DNA of 64,000 bases. Source: Naegleria gruberi (taxonomy: Eukaryota). The notes beneath the pieces were generated by a model. It was not told the origin of the DNA, did not search any database, and saw nothing but the letters and a program-made list of their open reading frames with translations. Below are positions 58,456-64,000 of the stretch, piece by piece. The stretch's first letter is position 1; the number at the start of each line of letters is the position of its first letter. Location: the NCBI GenBank assembly GCA_000004985.1, contig GG738882.1; one strand, written 5' to 3'. The translations under genes and the position numbers were made by a program.

Positions 58456-59301
58456 CTACACAATATTAAGTCTGGCATAATGATCAGATATTTTAAATTT
58501 TGGTAATGAAAATATCCTGGCAGATTCTGAAACGTGATGAATATGTTTGATTTCAATAACTTTCCTTAATTGTTGGAATAATTCTAAATCATTCATATTT
58601 GGAACTTTATGTCTCAAAATACTAAACAATAATTCTAATCCATTAGTTGAAATGGTTGAGGTCATAACTTGATAATCAAAACTACTATCAAAATCACATT
58701 CTTCATATAAATATTCTTCATCTTGACAATTACACATCACATTAAACACAGAACTAACCTGACTACAATCAGAAAGTGAATCAGAATCATTCTGTTCATA
58801 ATCTATACATTTCTTCAACATTACCCAAAATCTTAAAATTGAAGCAACTCCTATTTTTGTTTGATCTGATATAAATGTCGTACTATTTACATATCTGATA
58901 ACCTTTTTCATATAATATATTTTATCTATTAATCCATAGTTATCTTCATCATGACATAAATTATAAAAAAGTGACATATATTTTAAATGTCTATAGAGAT
59001 TTGAAACTAATTGTAACTCTTCAGATGGCAATAAACGTTTCAGACGTATTTGATTTGCTAAATGATGTTTAAGAGTTTCTGTATTAGATGACTTTTCAAT
59101 AATATCAACAATATTTTCAAAATCTAATTGTGCATCCAGTATTTGGTAAACATCTTCACCCTTAGTCATCAAATATCCTTCTGATATTTTAGAAATTGGA
59201 GGAACACTTTCAATTAAGTTTTTTTTTAGATCATTTTTGATCTTTTGTAATGCAGATATTAATTTTGGATCTATCAAGTGTAAAACAGCATCCAAATTCA
59301 T
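58456..59301 (-). CDS. Hypothetical protein (281 aa); possibly the 5' portion of the downstream exonuclease gene
   Basis: It is a long ORF on the same strand immediately upstream of the gap. There are no recognisable motifs. Linkage to the exonuclease cannot be resolved across the gap. Confidence 0.4.
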   Translation of the reverse strand: MNLDAVLHLIDPKLISALQKIKNDLKKNLIESVPPISKISEGYLMTKGEDVYQILDAQLDFENIVDIIEKSSNTETLKHHLANQIRLKRLLPSEELQLVSNLYRHLKYMSLFYNLCHDEDNYGLIDKIYYMKKVIRYVNSTTFISDQTKIGVASILRFWVMLKKCIDYEQNDSDSLSDCSQVSSVFNVMCNCQDEEYLYEECDFDSSFDYQVMTSTISTNGLELLFSILRHKVPNMNDLELFQQLRKVIEIKHIHHVSESARIFSLPKFKISDHYARLNIV

Positions 59302-59325
59302 TTCATCTCTAACAACAACATCACT

Positions 59326-59425
59326 TTTTGGAGTGAGTATTCAACTCACTAAAGTTTATTGTAAACAATACACCAAGAAATAGGAAAATTTGTCTAAAAA
59401 ATTTTCAACATTGAGCAAGCTTAAT
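59326..59425. repeat. Dispersed ~100-bp direct repeat 'B', copy 1
   Basis: 'ttggagtgagtattcaactcactaaagtttattgtaaacaatacaccaagaaataggaaaatttgtctaaaaaattttcaacattgagcaagcttaatactttgattc' is nearly identical to 60306-60405. Confidence 0.85.
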
Positions 59426-60305
59426 ACTTTGATTCAAGGAGAGTAATTTTTTCAACCAGAGCAAGAAACAGCACGATAAACCTAGCACCAATTCTCTTCC
59501 GACCAGACATCCGGTTCCTTCATCTTCAACATTCGGACTGTTTATAATAATTGTTAAGTCAACAGAACACATTAACACTTTCAAAACAGTTGTTCTTCTT
59601 CGGAAAGCTCATATAGTCAAGGTGATACACAACAACAAGTATCCTTTTTCTTGATGGTTGCAAAAGTGAACGCTAAAGGATAGAGTTCAACCATACGCAA
59701 GTAGATAAGATTATTTCCCAAGAATACTTACTTCGGAATAAGTGGAGACAACTCATCACTTCCACCTTAGGCTCTCTAGTCTTTTATGAAATTCATGAAC
59801 CTTAAGACTGATGAACCAGCAAGTCTCCATCTCACCTAATAACAGTAACTTGATTGCTAACAAAGGATTCAGGGCTTCAATCAATCCTTCCGAATATATT
59901 GGACATAATGAGTTATGGGCTAGATGTTTTAAATTTGAAAATATTATCAGCCAAGCATATAATCTTGAACACACACCGCCACTTCCACATGTTATTAATA
60001 TTCCTGTTGACCTCCAAAATTGAATACCCTTAATGATCCATTCACAGCGAAACCTATTTATTCATCACGATTAGTAATCATTGACTTGATGTTCTCCAGA
60101 GAGGTGATGTTTTGATTTAAGCTAATGCATGGATTCAGGCTCCTTGAAGGCACATTCTCCATTTATATGGAATAATTAGCTTGTATGGTTTATCTAGATA
60201 GTTGAGTTTGTGGTTAAGTTTTAGCCAATCACGTATCAAAAGAATTAGGTTGCTAGTATGGGCTCATAATTTCCGAATTTATTGGTGTATTGTTGGATAA
60301 ATTGG

Positions 60306-60405
60306 AGTAAGTATTCAACTCACTAAAGTTTATTGTAAACAATACACCAAGAAATAGGAAAATTTGTCTAAAAAATTTTCAACATTGAGCAAGCTTAATA
60401 CTTTG
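60306..60405. repeat. Dispersed ~100-bp direct repeat 'B', copy 2, preceded by repeat 'A'
   Basis: It is the same sequence as 59326-59425 with one mismatch (gtaagt vs gtgagt). Immediately upstream is 'gctcataatttccgaatttattggtgtattgttggataaatt' (repeat A, 60262-60305), which recurs at ~60902-60945. Confidence 0.85.
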
Positions 60406-60508
60406 ATTCCCCACCACCCACCCCAACACTCGGTGAGTATATTAATTCTTTTGATACGTCTTTATTGTTATTTTATTAGTGGTGTTATCAAGGACTTTGT
60501 GGTGCTTA

Positions 60509-60665
60509 AAAATCTGCGCTCAATAGGCCAACATAGAACTGGGTTTTAGGGTTGGTGAGGGGATTTTTAGGTGTTATAGAGGTGATCAAATTTGATGCTT
60601 GATGAAGATCTGCGCTCAATAGGTCAACATAGAACTGGGTTCTAGGGTTGGTGAGGGGATTTTTT
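60509..60665. repeat. Tandem duplication (~97-bp unit x2)
   Basis: 'atctgcgctcaataggccaacatagaactgggttttagggttggtgaggggattttt' at ~60513-60570 is repeated at ~60610-60668 ('...ggtcaacatagaactgggttctagggttggtgaggggatttttt'). Confidence 0.8.
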
Positions 60666-61123
60666 GGAGTGTCAAAGACTCTGTGGGTGTTTGAATAATG
60701 GTTGTAGTATTGGACGAGGTAATTGTAATGGAATTGATTCTATTACAATTAGGCAAGATTTTCTTGAAAATTAATTTTCAAGTTTTTCATCTTGTCAACC
60801 ATTATTCGGTTTGCTAGTATTTCAAGGGTAATAGATTAGTAGAAATTGGTTTTGTGGTTGTTCAGTGTTGAAAATAATCTATTACGTGCGTGTAGTAGAA
60901 TAAAGCTCATAATTTCCGAATTTATTGGTGTATTGTTGGATAAATTCGAATTAATTCGAAAATGGTGTTATAATAGCAAGATAGATAATTCCTCGCAAAG
61001 ATACAACTTCATTATCCATCATTGGATTCCTTAATCTTTTGAGAATGTGTATATAATCTTCAACATGTTACATTGCAAATTAATAAAAACAAGATTGAGA
61101 ACAAGTAATTATACTAATGGGTA

Positions 61124-61909
61124 TTAAAGCTCAGGGACTGTTTCACCTTTAAGGTGATTCAGCCTTGAGACCTGCTTTAATGGATATAAATCTTTATTAG
61201 CATCAACATGATACCACTCAGTATAATATTGTTTCATATAATTTTCGACTGTATCAATTTTAAATTCTCCATCCGCGCAACTACCAACTATTTCAATGTC
61301 ATTCCTATTCCATTTCTGAGTTATTTCTTGCAAATATTTCAATACCTCAGCCTGAGCATTCTTTCCTGGTAAATTAAATGCAGCTACAGGAAGAGAGAAA
61401 TAACCAGCTGTATCTATCAATTCAAAAACTACCACTTTTCCACATAAATCAATATTATCTATTTCTAATTGTAATAATTCTAAAAATGATTTAGGACCAT
61501 TTTCAAATCCAAAAATATTTCCCTTCACACATGTCAATAAAGATCGCACGGTAACAATATCCCAACTAATTAAACTAAACGAAGTTTGATTTTTCTTAGA
61601 TGTGAATTCTTTGGTCAGTTTCTCGATACTCTCTTCAGTATAAAGATGGCCATATAATAGTCCCTTGTTCCAGGTTTTAAGTGTGTTCTTATGAGGAGCT
61701 TGTATATTGCAACCATTGGATCCCCTGAAAATATCTATTAGTTTTTCTGATGAATAAAATCTAGCAAACTTCCAAAAATTCTTTACACATTGTGGATACT
61801 CTTTAGTTGTGTTGGGATGTATAATTCGTTCCATTTCATCTTTAATTCTAATGAGGTGAAAATCAAGATCATTTCCATTTTTTGAATAATTGTCAATTAA
61901 ATTCACCAT
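61124..61909 (-). CDS. Hypothetical protein (261 aa)
   Basis: A long ORF with ordinary composition and no recognisable motif. An in-frame upstream extension is open to a stop at ~62010 without an ATG. Confidence 0.45.
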   Translation of the reverse strand: MVNLIDNYSKNGNDLDFHLIRIKDEMERIIHPNTTKEYPQCVKNFWKFARFYSSEKLIDIFRGSNGCNIQAPHKNTLKTWNKGLLYGHLYTEESIEKLTKEFTSKKNQTSFSLISWDIVTVRSLLTCVKGNIFGFENGPKSFLELLQLEIDNIDLCGKVVVFELIDTAGYFSLPVAAFNLPGKNAQAEVLKYLQEITQKWNRNDIEIVGSCADGEFKIDTVENYMKQYYTEWYHVDANKDLYPLKQVSRLNHLKGETVPEL

Positions 61910-63337
61910 TTGTTGGTACAGTTCAGATTTGCTTTCAGCTTCTTCAACTTTTAGTTTTTTAATTTTTTTGTCTAACTCCTTTTTTGTGACCCAAGTTGCA
62001 AACAGAACAGAATTTTACAACCATGTCAGCCGTGAGAAGTTTGTTGATTTTTTCTTGATGTCATCTTGAAACGTCATTAATGATGATGATGATGTTTCGT
62101 GAGTTATTTTTTTTTTGAAATATTAAACAAAAAAATAGAGGGTAATTTTACTAATATATTCAAGAATTATTTTCTCAATGAATATATGGAGAAAACAATC
62201 TAAGTACTCAGATATTTCTATAAAACATGTATTGATCAATATATTCTAAAATTGTTATTTTGAATACTATGAATTCATAGTAAATTGGTGATTGGAAATT
62301 TTTAGTTTTTCAGAAGAAGTAAATTTAAGCCACTTTCCGAAAGAACAATAAAAAACCTTCTTTCCAAATGAATATATTAATTGACCTCACCTCCAGTCAA
62401 AAAGAGAGATGTAATTACCAATAGATTCTATAGTGAATTGATGAAAAAGCGAAATCCTTGTGTAAGGTTGTATTGTTTGTTGCCTTAAGGATGTAATTTT
62501 TTTGAAAAGTATTTGTAGCCAAACTTGGTATCGTTCTGTTAGTCATGTTCATTCCTAGTAAATACCATTGTGGCACTGTTCAACGTTTCACATAATATGT
62601 AAAACAATGTAGACTACAAACTCTAAATATTAGAAGACTTGAAACGATTGTGCAATATATTTATTTTTTGTTAGAAATGAATGTGAAATTTCTCTGCTGA
62701 TAAATTGCTGGTCAAAACAAGCCTACCCTTCAGGCAAGCTCTTTTTCATACATCCTTTATCTGGCACCAGAGAAATTTTTAAAACAACAGAAGGATGATG
62801 TAGAGACCCTATTGTGAAATGTTTATATGTTTAAGTCATTATACACGACCTCTGTTAATATAGTAATCGTTTTCAAAAAATTTCCATAATAGAAATTCCT
62901 GCCAAAAATATGAGTGGTAATTTCCAAATACTCAATATTCCAAACTATAGAAGTGGCACCAACAAGCTCTTTACAATACGTAGTAAACCACCTATTCAAC
63001 ATATATTGAGTAGATGAGGTTCTGAGTTGGTTGTGCAACATGTTAATTTGTTATTGGAAACTTTATTTATTAATATCATTATAAATACAAAACATAACAC
63101 CTTCTAAATTTCAAAGGAAGGTGCACCAAACGTGAATATGAAGGGCTCTTCAGATGAAGGTGTGAAGTTAAATGTACATGAATTCCGAGAGCAAAGTCTG
63201 GTACCTTTGGTAAGTAACACGAGTTTCAGGCCATTTATGATCTCTATGTTCCCCCCTGTGTTATCATGTTAAAGATTGAAAAGACTAATTTGGATGACTA
63301 ATAAATAACCGAAATAGAGCAGAAAAAAATTGGCTAC

Positions 63338-63979
63338 ATGATGCTGTATCCACGAGTATTGAATCATCCTCTATGCATTGTACTCTTCCTATTGTCCTTG
63401 TTTCTAACTGTGACTCTTGTCCATACCATTTCCTCCGAACCAAATTCCAACATTGAAATGTTAATTTTCACACCAAAAGAACCTTTCACAACAGTTGACA
63501 TTAGAGGTTCTGTCTCTTGCACACAAGCCAATGATTATGGATTTGAAATACCGAGTGATTATACTGTGGATAGCATGGAAGTCACATACATGTTTACAAA
63601 ATTTTATCCATTCAGTTCAGATCGTCAAGATATTACAATTTATGTAAAGATTGGAAGTGTGGCTAATTCTACTCATTATGATGCAAAAAAAGAGTCCATT
63701 TCCACACCACTTGTAATTGAGAGCTCATCTCAGGAAATACCCATTCGAAACACAACTGTTTATTTCCAAGTATTAGGAACAGGAATGTGCAAAGATAAAT
63801 TGGAGAATTATTACAAGGTTACCTTCAAGATTTATCCAACAAGATTTCCTTGGTGGGCAACCTTACTGATAGTTTTGGGAGGAATGATTGGATTATTTAG
63901 TGTGTTTGCATTATTGACCATTATTGGACACAAGTATAAAGAATGGAAACGTAGGCAGCAATATACTGAGAATATTTGA
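63338..63979 (+). CDS. Hypothetical type-I membrane protein (213 aa)
   Basis: The N-terminal signal/anchor is 'LCIVLFLLSLFLTVTLVHT'. The C-terminal TM helix 'WWATLLIVLGGMIGLFSVFALLTIIG' is followed by a basic 'HKYKEWKRRQQY'. Confidence 0.5.
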   Translation: MMLYPRVLNHPLCIVLFLLSLFLTVTLVHTISSEPNSNIEMLIFTPKEPFTTVDIRGSVSCTQANDYGFEIPSDYTVDSMEVTYMFTKFYPFSSDRQDITIYVKIGSVANSTHYDAKKESISTPLVIESSSQEIPIRNTTVYFQVLGTGMCKDKLENYYKVTFKIYPTRFPWWATLLIVLGGMIGLFSVFALLTIIGHKYKEWKRRQQYTENI

Positions 63980-64000
63980 TAGTTTAAACAATTTTGGGAG

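Noticed and set aside
59326-60405. A ~1.1-kb unit bounded by ~100-bp direct repeats, read as an LTR retrotransposon or TRIM
   Set aside because: No tRNA-complementary primer-binding site (TGG...) follows the first repeat. No polypurine tract precedes the second. There is no TG...CA terminus, no obvious target-site duplication and no gag/pol ORF. It is retained only as a possible decayed non-autonomous element (see findings).
63121-63210. ATG-initiated 24-codon exon-like segment (MKGSSDEGVKLNVHEFREQSLVPL) ending in a GTAAGT donor upstream of the 63338 gene
   Set aside because: The only downstream acceptor found gives an 8-codon second exon, and the segment does not join in frame to the 63338 ORF. 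It could be a uORF or UTR intron, so it was not called as a gene.
1-64000. Prokaryote-style interpretation (operons, defence islands, RBS-based starts, alternative TTG/GTG starts used by the ORF track)
   Set aside because: Spliceosomal introns with GTAAGT donors, a eukaryotic tRNA-Glu, 5S rRNA with a Pol III terminator, poly-Q/N proteins, and F-box, C2, RGS and START domains all show a eukaryotic nuclear genome. ORF-track 'M' at TTG codons (e.g. 6016, 36751, 47689) are internal Leu residues of spliced genes.

Overview
This is a eukaryotic nuclear window: AT-rich, with short GTAAGT...AG introns of about 43-70 nt, poly-Q/N tracts and Dictyostelium-type cysteine repeats. Its 5S rRNA closely resembles dictyostelid 5S, so the source is most likely a dictyostelid social amoeba (Amoebozoa). 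That call rests on my recollection of the 5S sequence and on general style, not on a database search. Prokaryotic feature types (operons, CRISPR) do not apply. The window is gene-dense, with about 30 protein genes, one tRNA-Glu(CUC) and one solitary 5S rRNA gene. The main feature is a gene of about 22 kb on the minus strand (7619-29691) encoding a secreted type-I membrane protein of roughly 7,000 residues. It has a signal peptide, an N-terminal cysteine-rich module, about 750 aa of NxS/T sequon pentapeptide repeats ('DNSTL'), at least 11 bulb-type lectin-like modules each followed by 5-9 tenascin-type EGF repeats, a cysteine-rich / REJ-PKD-like region, a Thr-rich stalk, one TM helix and an acidic tail. 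Three N-runs (assembly gaps) and two apparent 1-bp frameshifts interrupt it. Other notable genes: a poxvirus VP39-like cap 2'-O-methyltransferase homologue with an RS/RY-rich N-terminus, a UV-damage endonuclease (UVDE), a receptor-like TKL kinase with a beta-helix ectodomain, two Zn2Cys6 transcription factors, a SHAQKYF-class Myb, TM2-domain, NTPCR/THEP1 NTPase, HVA22/REEP, RGS+START, C2-domain and F-box/DUF4116 proteins, and a DEDD exonuclease. A repeat-rich patch lies at about 59.3-61.0 kb. Several multi-exon models were built by hand from splice signals and are missing from the ORF track.
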